Positions 25,301 through 35,581 of a stretch of DNA of 39,730 nt are shown here, in pieces. The notes beneath the pieces were generated by a model, which worked only from the letters and a program-made list of their open reading frames with translations, was not told the origin of the DNA and ran no database searches. Position 1 is the stretch's first letter; each line of letters starts with the position of its first letter. Position numbers and translations under genes: made by a program. Origin of the DNA: an uncultured Candidatus Saccharibacteria bacterium (GTDB lineage: Bacteria > Patescibacteriota > Minisyncoccia > GWC2-36-17 > WO2-46-25). The DNA lies in NCBI GenBank assembly GCA_964359755.1, contig CAYHUB010000004.1, positions 1-39,730 of the forward strand, written 5' to 3'.

Positions 25301-26095
25301 ATGGAAACGACGGTATACAATCAACAGGGAGAAAAGCTGGGAACATATAATCTTCCCGATCGTGTATTCGGCGTGCCGTTTAAAAACAGCGTGGTGCATC
25401 AGGCAATGCGGGTACAGCTTGGGAACGCGCGTAAAGTTATTGCTCATACGAAAGACCGGAGCGAAGTTTCCGGAGGCGGGAAGAAGCCGTGGCGGCAAAA
25501 AGGCACCGGTCGCGCGCGACACGGTTCCATTCGGTCTCCGTTATGGAAGGGCGGCGGCGTTACTTTTGGACCGCGCAACGACCGGAATTTTTCCCTTAAA
25601 ATCAACAAAAAACAAAAAAACAAAGCGCTCGCAATGATGCTTTCTTCAAAGGTGAAGGATGGAAAGATCGCGGTAGTTGATGCGCTTGCATTCAAGGAGC
25701 CAAAAACAAAATATATGACAGAGGTACTTCGCGCATTTACAGGCATATTGCCGGAGGTAAGCACGCGAAAAACACTTATTGTTGTTCCTGATACGAATAC
25801 GAATATTATATTTGCAGCGCGCAATCTTCAAAAGACAAAAGTAATGCGTGCAGACAGTTTAAATGTGAACGACCTGTTAACGTATCGATACATGATCCTT
25901 CTGAAAGAATCGATTGAAGTGATTGAAAAAGTGTACGGAGGGATGAAAAAACCCGCAGCGCATGAAGAGGTAAAAGCGGCAAAAAGGGTTTCCGCGCAAA
26001 AGGCTGTAAAAGCTGCGCCGATAAAAAAAATGAAAAAACAGGAGAAGAAGCCGGTAGTAAAGAAAACAAAGAAGGCAGTAAAGAAAAAAGCATAA
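25301..26095 (+). CDS. rplD: 50S ribosomal protein L4 with a Lys/Ala-rich C-terminal extension
   Basis: TKDRSEVSGGGKKPWRQKGTGRARHGS; about 50-aa K/A tail. Confidence 0.99.
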   Translation: METTVYNQQGEKLGTYNLPDRVFGVPFKNSVVHQAMRVQLGNARKVIAHTKDRSEVSGGGKKPWRQKGTGRARHGSIRSPLWKGGGVTFGPRNDRNFSLKINKKQKNKALAMMLSSKVKDGKIAVVDALAFKEPKTKYMTEVLRAFTGILPEVSTRKTLIVVPDTNTNIIFAARNLQKTKVMRADSLNVNDLLTYRYMILLKESIEVIEKVYGGMKKPAAHEEVKAAKRVSAQKAVKAAPIKKMKKQEKKPVVKKTKKAVKKKA

Positions 26096-26104
26096 TTTTC
26101 CAGT

Positions 26105-26527
26105 ATGTCCATCATCGGCACCATCAAGAAAAAAGTATCAAAAAAAGAAGGAAGCGCTCATCAGGAAGAGGCGAGTGAGGCGCGCGTAAAAAAAGCATCG
26201 GCTCAGGAAAAGGCGCCGGAGAAAACAAAATCAGCGCAGGGAAGACCGGTGCATGCGGGGCGAGTTATTGAATCTCCCTATATTACGGAAAAGACGTCTT
26301 CGCTTGCCGCGCACAACACCTATGTATTTAAGGTTGCGCGCGCAACAACAAAAAATGAGATCATCAAAGCAATTCAGCGCATGTTTAAGGTGACGGTGAT
26401 GAAGGTGAATGTGATAATCATGCCTGAAAAGAAAGTGCGCGTCGGGAGACATGAAGGGCATGTTCCCGGATTTAAAAAAGCAATGGTAACAATAAAAGAA
26501 GGCGAAACGATAGATATCGGCGTATAG
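26105..26527 (+). CDS. rplW: 50S ribosomal protein L23 with an N-terminal extension
   Basis: PYITEKT, YVFKV...TKNEI..AI, FKKAMVT. Confidence 0.97.
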   Translation: MSIIGTIKKKVSKKEGSAHQEEASEARVKKASAQEKAPEKTKSAQGRPVHAGRVIESPYITEKTSSLAAHNTYVFKVARATTKNEIIKAIQRMFKVTVMKVNVIIMPEKKVRVGRHEGHVPGFKKAMVTIKEGETIDIGV

Positions 26528-26537
26528 CATAAAGCAT

Positions 26538-27365
26538 ATGAAATTATTACGACCAACAACTCCCGGACAACGACAGCGAACGATCGCTGACTATTCCACG
26601 CTCACAAAGAAAGAGCCGGAGAAATCGCTGACGTTCGGACGCAAGCGCAGGATGGGTCGCTCAAAAGCAGGAACGATCACCACCCGCCACAAAGGCGGCG
26701 GCAATAAGCGGCTGTATAGAGAGATCGATTTCAAACAGAATAAAATGGATATTCCCGGAAAGATCATCGCGCTTGAATACGATCCGAATCGCTCTGCGTT
26801 TATTTCACTGATCCAATACCACGATGGCGAGAAGCGATATGCGCTTGCGGTAAAAAACATGAAAGTAGGTGATAAGGTGATAACATCGGAAACCGCACCT
26901 CTTGAGGATGGAAATCGTCTGCCGCTTGCAAAGATCCCCGTCGGATTTTTTATACATAACATGGAGATGCAGCCGGGAAGGGGCGGGCAAGTCGTACGAA
27001 GCGCGGGATCTTCCGCGAAGGTTATGGCGAACGAAGGAAAATATACGCACATACGGATGCCTTCAAGCGAGGTGCGTAAAGTTCTGTCGACCTGTTTGGC
27101 GACTATCGGCGTACTTTCGAATCCGGAGCACAATCTTATCAGCTTAGGAAAGGCGGGCGCATCGCGATGGCGCGGCATCAGGCCTACGGTGCGCGGAACA
27201 GCGATGAATCCGTGCGATCATCCGCATGGCGGCGGCGAGGGTTGCCAGCCGATCGGTCTTCCGTATCCGAAAACGCCGTGGGGAAAGCATGCGCTTGGCA
27301 CAAAAACCCGCAAAAAAAATCATACTACGAATAAATTTATTGTTTCACGAAGAGTAAAGAAATAA
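26538..27365 (+). CDS. rplB: 50S ribosomal protein L2
   Basis: [35 protein letters not shown]. Confidence 0.99.
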   Translation: MKLLRPTTPGQRQRTIADYSTLTKKEPEKSLTFGRKRRMGRSKAGTITTRHKGGGNKRLYREIDFKQNKMDIPGKIIALEYDPNRSAFISLIQYHDGEKRYALAVKNMKVGDKVITSETAPLEDGNRLPLAKIPVGFFIHNMEMQPGRGGQVVRSAGSSAKVMANEGKYTHIRMPSSEVRKVLSTCLATIGVLSNPEHNLISLGKAGASRWRGIRPTVRGTAMNPCDHPHGGGEGCQPIGLPYPKTPWGKHALGTKTRKKNHTTNKFIVSRRVKK

Positions 27366-27369
27366 ACAT

Positions 27370-27690
27370 ATGTCACGAAGCCTTAAAAAGGGACCCTACA
27401 TTGACGAGCGATTGCTCGAAAAAATAGCGAAAGGAAAGCAGGGAACGGTTATCAATACCTGGGCGCGCGCATCCATGATCTCGCCGGAAATGATCGGATT
27501 CACGATCGGCGTTCATAATGGCAAGTTGCATATTCCCGTATTCGTCACGGAAGACATGGTCGGGCATCGGCTCGGTGAGTTTTCGTTGACGCGTAAATTT
27601 GTCAGACACGGGGGGAAGATGCAGAAAGAATTAGAAGCAAAGGCTAAGACACCGGTACCCGCCGCCGCCGCTGTAGCTCCAAAGAAATAA
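27370..27690 (+). CDS. rpsS: 30S ribosomal protein S19
   Basis: [24 protein letters not shown]. Confidence 0.99.
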   Translation: MSRSLKKGPYIDERLLEKIAKGKQGTVINTWARASMISPEMIGFTIGVHNGKLHIPVFVTEDMVGHRLGEFSLTRKFVRHGGKMQKELEAKAKTPVPAAAAVAPKK

Positions 27691-27707
27691 CACGGTAAGC
27701 AATATAT

Positions 27708-28280
27708 ATGCACGTACAAGCCCATCTTCGTAATATACGAATATCGCCGCGAAAAGTCAGAGTAGTTGCTGCGCTTATTCGCGGACGCACTATTCCCGAC
27801 GCAAAAACACAGCTTACGTTTCTTATGCGGAAAGCGGCGTTGCCGATCATAAAACTTATCGATTCTGCGGTTGCGAACGCGGCGCATAATTTCAAGATCG
27901 ATCCGAACAATCTGTATATCGCGGAAATTTTTGTAAATGAAGGGCAGACATTAAAGCGCGGTATGCCGCGCGCGCGAGGGAGTTCCTATACAATCCGGAA
28001 GAGAATGTCTCATATAAGCTTGACTTTAGCGGAAAAGAAGGATAGAAATATGACGCGCCCCGGGAAGAAGGTTTCTCAAAAAAAGAAAGTGATCAGCGCG
28101 CTGGCGCAGAAAGTGGCGAGCACGATTAAAAAGACAGCGAGCGGAGAAGTGAAGAGTAAAAAAACAGAAACATCGAAGAAGAAGCCGACTGAGCAACCGT
28201 CTCGTGAAAAGGCAGCGACAAGCGGTCGTCGTTTGACCGGTGTTGCGCGAAGAGCGTTTCATGCGCATGAGGATAAATAA
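27708..28280 (+). CDS. rplV: 50S ribosomal protein L22 with a long basic C-terminal extension
   Basis: RISPRKVRVVA, SAVANA.HN, PRARG....IRKR.SHI; about 80-aa tail. Confidence 0.98.
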   Translation: MHVQAHLRNIRISPRKVRVVAALIRGRTIPDAKTQLTFLMRKAALPIIKLIDSAVANAAHNFKIDPNNLYIAEIFVNEGQTLKRGMPRARGSSYTIRKRMSHISLTLAEKKDRNMTRPGKKVSQKKKVISALAQKVASTIKKTASGEVKSKKTETSKKKPTEQPSREKAATSGRRLTGVARRAFHAHEDK

Positions 28281-28292
28281 TATAAGATACAT

Positions 28293-28976
28293 ATGGGAAA
28301 GAAAGTAAATCCATTGGCCTTTCGGATCGGCGTGAACGAAGGATGGAGGTCACGATGGTTTCAACAGAAAACATATAGGGATTTTTTGAAAGAAGATTAT
28401 TATCTTCGTAGTTTTTTAGTTGAAAAATTCAAAAAAAACGGACTTGAAAGGATCGAGATCGAGCGGTCGGCAAACAAGATCACCGTAATCATTCATACGT
28501 CGCGACCCGGGCTGATCATCGGAAAAGGCGGCGGCGGCATTGAGGCGCTGAAAGCGGAGATCGAAAAGAAATATAACGCGATCCGCGTTGATAAAAAAGC
28601 GAAAACGGATATCCGCGTGCAGGTGGAAGAGGTATCAAAGCCCGAAGGCCATGCGCCGATCGTTGCACAGCAAGTCGCAGATCAAATTGAAAAACGGCTT
28701 CCATTTCGGAGAGTGTTGAAGCAAACACTCGAAAAAACAATGCAGAGCGGGGACGTGGTCGGGGCAAAAATTAGGATGTCAGGACGGCTCGATGGAGGTG
28801 AAATGTCGCGCACGGAATGGCTGAGCAAAGGGAGAATGCCTCTTGCAACATTGCGCGCGCATATTGATTATGCGACTGCAAATGCATATTGCACCTATGG
28901 CGTTGTCGGCATTAAGGTTTGGATTTACAAAGGAGACGTTTTTGAAAAGAAAGATAAAAAAGAAGATATAAAATAG
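28293..28976 (+). CDS. rpsC: 30S ribosomal protein S3
   Basis: MGKKVNP..FRIG, RPGLIIGKGG, SGRLDG, YGVVGIKVWI. Confidence 0.99.
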   Translation: MGKKVNPLAFRIGVNEGWRSRWFQQKTYRDFLKEDYYLRSFLVEKFKKNGLERIEIERSANKITVIIHTSRPGLIIGKGGGGIEALKAEIEKKYNAIRVDKKAKTDIRVQVEEVSKPEGHAPIVAQQVADQIEKRLPFRRVLKQTLEKTMQSGDVVGAKIRMSGRLDGGEMSRTEWLSKGRMPLATLRAHIDYATANAYCTYGVVGIKVWIYKGDVFEKKDKKEDIK

Positions 28977-28982
28977 ACACGT

Positions 28983-29402
28983 ATGTTATTGCCAAAGAAA
29001 GTAAAACATAGGAAATGGCACAAAGGACGAAAACGCGATAGCGGTGTGGAGTCGCGTGGCGTTCATTTGAGTTTTGGAGCATACGGCTTGAAAGCGAAAG
29101 AGAGAGCGTGGCTGACATCGCGGCAGATTGAGGCGGCGCGCCGCGCCATGACCCGTTATGTGCAGCGCTCGGGAAAGATATGGATACGAATATTCCCCGA
29201 CAAACCGATTACCAAAAAAGGACAGGAGGTGCCGATGGGCGGCGGGAAAGGGTCCGTTGACCATTATGTCGCCGTGGTGAAGCCGGGAAGGATATTGTTT
29301 GAAATGGACGGCATCGACGAAAAGACTGCGCAGGAAGCGATGCGAAAAGCATCGTCAAAGCTTCCGCTTGCGACGAAATTCATAAGACGCGAAGTAGTAT
29401 AA
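28983..29402 (+). CDS. rplP: 50S ribosomal protein L16
   Basis: [33 protein letters not shown]. Confidence 0.99.
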   Translation: MLLPKKVKHRKWHKGRKRDSGVESRGVHLSFGAYGLKAKERAWLTSRQIEAARRAMTRYVQRSGKIWIRIFPDKPITKKGQEVPMGGGKGSVDHYVAVVKPGRILFEMDGIDEKTAQEAMRKASSKLPLATKFIRREVV

Positions 29403-29406
29403 AACA

Positions 29407-29601
29407 ATGAACAAGAAAGAAATATTGCAGGCAAAATCACCTATAGAACTTGAACGCGATCTTCTTACATGCGAAGAGGAATTGAAGTCGCTCCGGTTTG
29501 ACCGCGCGTTCAATAAATTGAAGAATGTGAAGGCGATAGGAGTAGCACGGAAAAATCGGGCAAGGATACTTACTTTACTTCGCGCGAAACAGCTGGTATA
29601 A
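29407..29601 (+). CDS. rpmC: 50S ribosomal protein L29
   Basis: Position in the S10 operon; EL..LRF....KL.N...I...RK..ARILT. Confidence 0.93.
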   Translation: MNKKEILQAKSPIELERDLLTCEEELKSLRFDRAFNKLKNVKAIGVARKNRARILTLLRAKQLV

Positions 29602-29623
29602 TCGGTTTTTTATTGTAACTACC

Positions 29624-29878
29624 ATGGAAAGCATAGAACAAAAAGTACAAAAACGAACATTGCAGGGAAAAGTGGTATCTGATGCCATGCAAAAAACAGT
29701 GGTTGTCTCGGTGGAAAGCATTAAAGAGCACCCGATTTATCGTAAACGATACAAGATGACGAAGCGATATAAAGCGCATGACGAAAAGAAAGAATATAAA
29801 GTCGGCGACAAAGTAGTGATTGAAGAAATGCGCCCGCTTTCGAAAGATAAAAAATGGAAGGTGATCGGAAGAGTATAA
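29624..29878 (+). CDS. rpsQ: 30S ribosomal protein S17
   Basis: [32 protein letters not shown]. Confidence 0.99.
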   Translation: MESIEQKVQKRTLQGKVVSDAMQKTVVVSVESIKEHPIYRKRYKMTKRYKAHDEKKEYKVGDKVVIEEMRPLSKDKKWKVIGRV

Positions 29879-29894
29879 TATTTATAAGAACGCT

Positions 29895-30260
29895 ATGATC
29901 CAGCCGCGTACCATGTGTAAAGTTGCAGATAACAGCGGGGCAAAAATTGTCCAGTGTTTTCGCGTATTGGGCGGCACGCGCAAGCGCTATGCGAGGATCG
30001 GCGATATCATTGTTGGTGCGGTAAAGGTCGCCGAACCGCGAAAAGCAGTTAAAAAATCAGATGTCGTGAAGGCGGTTGTGGTGCGCCAGCGCAGATCATT
30101 CACAAGGCAGGACGGTTCTCATATCCGGTTTGATGATAATGCGGTCGTGATCTTGGACGGAAAAGAGCCGAAAGGCGGAAGAATCTTCGGGCCGATTCCC
30201 CGTGAGCTGAAAGAAAAAGGATTTACAAAATTAGTTTCGCTCGCACCGGAAGTAGTGTAA
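29895..30260 (+). CDS. rplN: 50S ribosomal protein L14
   Basis: [28 protein letters not shown]. Confidence 0.99.
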   Translation: MIQPRTMCKVADNSGAKIVQCFRVLGGTRKRYARIGDIIVGAVKVAEPRKAVKKSDVVKAVVVRQRRSFTRQDGSHIRFDDNAVVILDGKEPKGGRIFGPIPRELKEKGFTKLVSLAPEVV

Positions 30261-30270
30261 TGTAACGAAT

Positions 30271-30576
30271 ATGAAAGTAAAAAAAGGCGACAATGTAGTG
30301 GTTACCACAGGAAAAGACCGAGGAAAATCGGGAAAGATCCTGCAAGTGCTTCTTAAAGACAGCGCGGTAGTCGTGCAGTCGCTGAATATGCGGAAAGTAC
30401 ATGTGCGTCCCCGAAAACAGGGCGAAAAAGGACAGATCATTGCAAAGGAAGCGCCGATGGATGTTTCCAACGTGATGCTGGTATGCCCGAAATGCTCAAA
30501 ACCAACGCGCGTAGGATATCAGATTTCGAAAGATGTGAAGTCGCGAATATGTAAAAAATGCAACACAACGATATAA
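30271..30576 (+). CDS. rplX: 50S ribosomal protein L24
   Basis: KKGDNVVV..GKDRGK.G, EAPMDVSNV, CPKC...TRVG. Confidence 0.98.
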   Translation: MKVKKGDNVVVTTGKDRGKSGKILQVLLKDSAVVVQSLNMRKVHVRPRKQGEKGQIIAKEAPMDVSNVMLVCPKCSKPTRVGYQISKDVKSRICKKCNTTI

Positions 30577-30578
30577 CC

Positions 30579-31118
30579 ATGAATCGTCTTAAAGAAAAAT
30601 ATATAAAGGAAGTGGTACCCGCGATGAAAAAAGAATTCGGGTATCGCATCGACGCGCAGGCGCCAAAGATCCAAAAGATCGTATTGAATTCCGGGGTCGG
30701 AAAAATTTCCGGCGACCAAAAAGCCGTTGAATCGGTGGAACGCGGGCTCACGCTCATCGCGGGACAAAAAGCGACGCAGACGAAAGCGCGCAAATCCATT
30801 GCGACGTTCAAGCTTCGCGAGGGAACGCCTATCGGCATAAAGGTAACGTTGCGCGGAGAAAAAATGTACAGCTTTCTTGACAGGCTTGTTTCCGTTGCGT
30901 TTCCACGTACGCGCGATTTTCACGGCGTCAGCACGAAAGGAATAGATCAGGCGGGTAATTTGACTATCGGTATAAAAGAAGATATTGTGTTTCCTGAGGC
31001 GAGTCACGAAAAAGCGGGAAATATCTTCGGTTTTGAGATGACCATCGTAACGAACTCCGGGGATAAAAAGGCCGCGGAATACATGTTCCGCATGATGGGA
31101 GTTCCCTTGCAGAAATAA
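30579..31118 (+). CDS. rplE: 50S ribosomal protein L5
   Basis: [36 protein letters not shown]. Confidence 0.99.
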   Translation: MNRLKEKYIKEVVPAMKKEFGYRIDAQAPKIQKIVLNSGVGKISGDQKAVESVERGLTLIAGQKATQTKARKSIATFKLREGTPIGIKVTLRGEKMYSFLDRLVSVAFPRTRDFHGVSTKGIDQAGNLTIGIKEDIVFPEASHEKAGNIFGFEMTIVTNSGDKKAAEYMFRMMGVPLQK

Positions 31119-31129
31119 TATTTGTTGGT

Positions 31130-31315
31130 ATGGCAAAGACATCAACCATTGCGCGATCAAAAAAGACACCGAAGTTTTCGACACGGAAAACAAACCGCTG
31201 TTTTCGGTGTGGGAGAGCGAGGGGATATATGCGCGCATTTGATCTGTGCAGAATTTGTTTCAGGGAGCTTGCACAAAAAGGGGAGATTCCGGGAATAACG
31301 CGGTCAAGCTGGTAA
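31130..31315 (+). CDS. rpsN: 30S ribosomal protein S14 (Zn-binding type Z)
   Basis: RCFRCGR...[15 protein letters not shown]. Confidence 0.98.
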   Translation: MAKTSTIARSKKTPKFSTRKTNRCFRCGRARGYMRAFDLCRICFRELAQKGEIPGITRSSW

Positions 31316-31326
31316 TTACACTATAT

Positions 31327-31716
31327 ATGGATCCTATTGCAGACATGCTCACGCGAATACGCAATGCGAAAATGACCGGTCATGAGACGGTGAGTATTCC
31401 GTATTCACGGATCAAATCGGCGATACTCATGATCCTGAAGCGGGAGAATTTTATTGAGAGTTTTGAAAAGAAGGGGAAATCGGTGCGCAAAAGCATTGTG
31501 GTAAAATTGCGCTATTTGAAAGACGGATCTTCCGCAATCAGTGATATCACGCGCGTATCAAAACAAGGCCAGCGGGTGTACAAACCGTCTGCAAAATTGC
31601 ATTCCGTACGGGAGGGGTTTGGTATCGCGGTGATTTCGACGCCTGAAGGGCTTATGACCGATAGGGAAGCGCGTCGGAAGCATGTCGGAGGAGAGGTTAT
31701 TTGCGAAGTGTGGTAA
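31327..31716 (+). CDS. rpsH: 30S ribosomal protein S8
   Basis: MDPIADMLTRIRNA, RVSKQGQRVY, ISTPEG, GGEVICEVW. Confidence 0.99.
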   Translation: MDPIADMLTRIRNAKMTGHETVSIPYSRIKSAILMILKRENFIESFEKKGKSVRKSIVVKLRYLKDGSSAISDITRVSKQGQRVYKPSAKLHSVREGFGIAVISTPEGLMTDREARRKHVGGEVICEVW

Positions 31717-31726
31717 ACAGAGTCAT

Positions 31727-32263
31727 ATGGCAAGTCTTATAAAAAATTCTATAAAAATTCCCGAAACGATAGACGTACGCGTTGAAGGAAGCATGGTTTC
31801 GGTGAAAGGACCGAAGGGTGCATTGGCGTTGCACGCGCATCCTGCCGTTACGATCACGCAAGAGAACGGTCTCGTGATAGTGCAAAAGGCATACGAGGGC
31901 GCCTCAAAAGCTTTTGTAGGGCTTACCCGAGCGCTTATTGCGAATATGGTGGGAGGCGTGCATGAAGGGTTTGCAAAAAAACTCGAGTTGGAAGGCGTTG
32001 GCTATCGCGTAGCGCTTTCAGGAACTAAGCTCGTGATGCAGCTCGGTTTTTCTCATCCTGTTGAGTTCGAAGCGCCCGAGGGTATTACGTTTCAGGTTGA
32101 AAAGAACGCCATTACGATTTCAGGAATCGATAAAGCACTCGTAGGACAGACTGCGGCAAATATCAGAAAGCTTAAAAAGCCTGAACCATACAAAGGAAAA
32201 GGGATCCGATATGCGGGAGAGATAATCCGCCGCAAGGAAGGCAAGCGCGCGGGAACCGCATAA
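31727..32263 (+). CDS. rplF: 50S ribosomal protein L6
   Basis: VKGPKG, GLTRALIANM, GVGYR, LGFSHP, PEPYKGKGI. Confidence 0.99.
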   Translation: MASLIKNSIKIPETIDVRVEGSMVSVKGPKGALALHAHPAVTITQENGLVIVQKAYEGASKAFVGLTRALIANMVGGVHEGFAKKLELEGVGYRVALSGTKLVMQLGFSHPVEFEAPEGITFQVEKNAITISGIDKALVGQTAANIRKLKKPEPYKGKGIRYAGEIIRRKEGKRAGTA

Positions 32264-32275
32264 AGGTAAACATAT

Positions 32276-32605
32276 ATGAATAGAAAAAGAATTCACAAAC
32301 GAATACGAGCAACAATACAAGGAACTGCCGCCACGCCGCGGCTTGCGGTATTTCGGTCTTCGAAATATATCTATGCTCAGCTTATTGATGATGCGAAAGC
32401 GGTGACATTATGCGCAGCGTCCGATGTCGGACACAAAGGGAAGCACACGAAGTCGGAGCATGCAAAAAAGATCGGCGAGGAGATCGCAAAAAAAGCGAAA
32501 GAAACAGGTATTACGAAAGTAGTATTTGACCGCGGAGGGTTTCCGTACCATGGACGTATCAAGGCCGTTGCGGATGGCGCGCGGGAAGGGGGCTTAATAT
32601 TTTAA
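32276..32605 (+). CDS. rplR: 50S ribosomal protein L18
   Basis: PRLAVFRS, YAQLIDD, VVFDRGG..YHGRI. Confidence 0.99.
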   Translation: MNRKRIHKRIRATIQGTAATPRLAVFRSSKYIYAQLIDDAKAVTLCAASDVGHKGKHTKSEHAKKIGEEIAKKAKETGITKVVFDRGGFPYHGRIKAVADGAREGGLIF

Positions 32606-32607
32606 GT

Positions 32608-33129
32608 ATGGCAATGCAACGACAAAAATCAGAATTTGACCAAAAAACACTCGACATCAGGAGAGTGGCGCGTACCATGGCGGGAGGAAGACGATTTAGT
32701 TTTCGGGTAACGATGGCGCTCGGGGATAGGAAGGGCGGCGTCGGCGTCGGTACGGCAAAAGGGCTGGATGTTGCCGCATCCATTGAAAAAGCGATGCAGC
32801 AAGCGAAAAAAAATATTACCAAGATCTGCACGCATAACGATACTATCCCGCATACCGTTAGTAAGAAGTTTCGGAGCGCGCGCGTGCTTCTGAAGCCGGC
32901 AAAGCCCGGGACGGGTATTATTGCGGGCGGAGCGGTGCGGGTGATTTGCGAGCTTGCGGGAATCAAGAATGTTACCGGGAAAATTCAAGGGAAAAGCTCA
33001 AACAAGATCAATGTAAGCGCGGCAACGATCGCCGCATTAAAGAGCTTGAAGCCGAGGAAACAGAAAACAGTCAAGACGGGAGCACCGACACAAGGTGCGG
33101 CGACAGACGAGAAAACAGCGTCACAATAA
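32608..33129 (+). CDS. rpsE: 30S ribosomal protein S5
   Basis: RVARTMAGGRRFSF, PAKPGTGIIAGG. Confidence 0.99.
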   Translation: MAMQRQKSEFDQKTLDIRRVARTMAGGRRFSFRVTMALGDRKGGVGVGTAKGLDVAASIEKAMQQAKKNITKICTHNDTIPHTVSKKFRSARVLLKPAKPGTGIIAGGAVRVICELAGIKNVTGKIQGKSSNKINVSAATIAALKSLKPRKQKTVKTGAPTQGAATDEKTASQ

Positions 33130-33133
33130 TCAT

Positions 33134-33562
33134 ATGCAACTTCACGAACTTACGAATAAAAAGAAAAATAAGAAACGCATCGCTCGCGGCGGCGCTCATG
33201 GAAAGACGTCCGGACGAGGCACAAAAGGCCAGAAATCGCGCGCAGGACATAGAATACGTCCCGCAGAACGCGACCTGATCAAAAAGATCCCTAAATTACG
33301 CGGGTATCGTTTTAAGAGTATCGGCGCGAAATACGCTGCAGTGAATCTTTTCACGATAAATGCGGCGTTTGTATCGGGGGATTCGGTTACGCCGGAGTCG
33401 TTGTGCGTTCATGGTCTTATCGAAAAAAGAGGAAGCAAGTTTCCTTTGGTAAAGATACTCGGCGGCGGAGTGCTGGAGAAAAAGCTCAGCGTGGAACGAT
33501 GCTTTGTTTCCGCATCGGCGAAAGAAAAGATCGAGAAGGCTGGCGGCGCGGTAAAGGAATAA
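33134..33562 (+). CDS. rplO: 50S ribosomal protein L15
   Basis: RIARGG..GKTSGRGTKGQKSR, VKILG.G, SASAKEKIEKAGG. Confidence 0.98.
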   Translation: MQLHELTNKKKNKKRIARGGAHGKTSGRGTKGQKSRAGHRIRPAERDLIKKIPKLRGYRFKSIGAKYAAVNLFTINAAFVSGDSVTPESLCVHGLIEKRGSKFPLVKILGGGVLEKKLSVERCFVSASAKEKIEKAGGAVKE

Positions 33563-33565
33563 GAC

Positions 33566-34840
33566 ATGGTAGGAAAACTAATACAAATTTTTAAAACGAA
33601 GGATCTCCGCAGGAAGATCTTTTTCGTGCTCGCATTGCTTGCAGTATTTCGTGTTGCCGCGGTGATCCCTGTGCCGGGAATCGATGTCAGCAGGCTACAG
33701 AGTTTTTTTGAAGGGAACCAGTTTTTCGGGTTGCTCAATGTTTTTTCCGGAGGCGCGCTTGATAATCTTTCCATCGTGATGCTCGGTGTCGGTCCGTATA
33801 TCACCGCGCTTATCATTATGCAGCTCCTTACTATGGTCTTCCCGCAATTAAAGGAGTTGTACCAGGGCGAAGGCGAGCAGGGGAGGCAAAAATTCAATCA
33901 ATACACGAGGCTGTTGACTATTCCGCTTGCCGGCTTGCAAGGGTATGGCCTCTTAGCATTGTTGCAGAGTCAGAACGTTATTGATCGGCTTGATCTTTTT
34001 TCTCTCATCACCAATCTTACGGTGATTATCGCGGGAACCGTATTTCTTATGTGGATCGGCGAGATCATCTCCGAGAAAAAGATCGGCAACGGTATTTCGC
34101 TGCTCATCTTTGCGGGTATTATTGCGGCTATCCCGACGCAGATACGGCAGTTTTTTCTTAATTTCGACCCGTCCATGGTGCCGACCGCGATCGTGTTTCT
34201 TGCCGTCGCGGTGATTGTAACCGCGGGCGTCGTGTTTATTAACGATAGCCAGCGAAATATTCCCGTTTCCTATGCAAAAAGAGTACGCGGGTCAAAAGTA
34301 TATGGAGGAACATCGACCTATCTTCCTCTGAAAGTGAATCAGGCGGGGGTGATCCCTATTATTTTTGCGATATCGATTTTGTTATTCCCGCAGATGCTCG
34401 GCAACTTTATGCAGCTTTCGGGTATGGAATGGATTCAAAATGCCGGACGATCGCTTTCAGGGTTTTTCCAGGCGGGCGGATTTTTGTACGGGCTTCTTTA
34501 TTTCACGCTGGTGATCCTTTTCACATATTTTTATACCGCGGTTACGTTCGATACGAAGCAGATCGCGGAAACCGTTCAAAAGCAAGGCGGGTTTGTGCCG
34601 GGCATCCGCCCGGGGAATCCAACTGCGGATTTTCTCGCAAAAGTAATGAACAGGATCACGCTTGCGGGAGCGACATCGCTGGGCGTTATCGCGGTTCTGC
34701 CGTTCATTATCCAGTATTTTACCGGCACCGCCACCTTGACCATCGGCGGCACGGCGCTTTTAATCGCGGTTTCTGTCGCGCTTGATACGATGAAACAAAT
34801 CGATGCGCAGTTGGTCATGCACGAATACGAAAAGTTCTAG
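33566..34840 (+). CDS. secY: Preprotein translocase subunit SecY
   Basis: LGVGPYITA, IGNGISLLIFAGI, LKVNQAGVIPIIFA, PGIRPG, GGTALLI. Confidence 0.99.
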   Translation: MVGKLIQIFKTKDLRRKIFFVLALLAVFRVAAVIPVPGIDVSRLQSFFEGNQFFGLLNVFSGGALDNLSIVMLGVGPYITALIIMQLLTMVFPQLKELYQGEGEQGRQKFNQYTRLLTIPLAGLQGYGLLALLQSQNVIDRLDLFSLITNLTVIIAGTVFLMWIGEIISEKKIGNGISLLIFAGIIAAIPTQIRQFFLNFDPSMVPTAIVFLAVAVIVTAGVVFINDSQRNIPVSYAKRVRGSKVYGGTSTYLPLKVNQAGVIPIIFAISILLFPQMLGNFMQLSGMEWIQNAGRSLSGFFQAGGFLYGLLYFTLVILFTYFYTAVTFDTKQIAETVQKQGGFVPGIRPGNPTADFLAKVMNRITLAGATSLGVIAVLPFIIQYFTGTATLTIGGTALLIAVSVALDTMKQIDAQLVMHEYEKF

Positions 34841-34882
34841 CGATTTTTAACAAATCACGCGACGTGATACCATGAAGGAGTA

Positions 34883-35581
34883 ATGGAAAAAGAACCACTC
34901 AATCTCATTATACTCGGGCGCTCGGGAAGCGGAAAAGGAACGCAAGCCCAGATACTCTCACACGAGTTTAATTTGGAATATATCGGCACGGGAGATCTTT
35001 TACGAAAATTTTCAGAACGAGAAAATGCGGCGGCGCATCGCATGAAGGAAACAATGGCACAAGGGAAACTCGCTCCTTCCTGGATGCCATTTTTTATTTG
35101 GATGGAAAAACTCGCGTATACCGATGTGCATAAGGGCGTGCTTTTTGACGGCAGTCCGCGGATGCTCGGAGAAGCTATTACGCTTGACGAAGTGCTTGAT
35201 TGGTTCGAGCGAAAAAACATAAAAGTGATATTGATCGATATTTCCCGCGAAATCGCGCTTAAACGTCTTATGAAGCGGCGCGTGTGCGGCACGTGCAAGC
35301 GCGGCGCGTACGTGGAAAACGAAAAAGAAACGCCTCAGACGCATTGCCACTATTGCGGAGGAGACCTGACGATCCGCGCGGAGGATAATCCCGAGGGAAT
35401 TGAGGCGCGGCTTAATTGGTTCGATCAGGAAGTCGCTAAAGTCCTCGATCATTATCGCGCGAAGGGAAATCTTATTACGGTAAACGGAGAAAAAGATTCA
35501 AACATTGTGCATCAAGAGATTGTAGAGGCGCTTGCTGCACATAATATTTTTCCTCAACATCAGGACGGAGCGAAAGCATAA
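34883..35581 (+). CDS. adk: Adenylate kinase (Zn-lid type)
   Basis: GRSGSGKGTQA P-loop, TGDLLR, DGSPR, RRVCGTC...CHYCGG lid; follows secY. Confidence 0.93.
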   Translation: MEKEPLNLIILGRSGSGKGTQAQILSHEFNLEYIGTGDLLRKFSERENAAAHRMKETMAQGKLAPSWMPFFIWMEKLAYTDVHKGVLFDGSPRMLGEAITLDEVLDWFERKNIKVILIDISREIALKRLMKRRVCGTCKRGAYVENEKETPQTHCHYCGGDLTIRAEDNPEGIEARLNWFDQEVAKVLDHYRAKGNLITVNGEKDSNIVHQEIVEALAAHNIFPQHQDGAKA

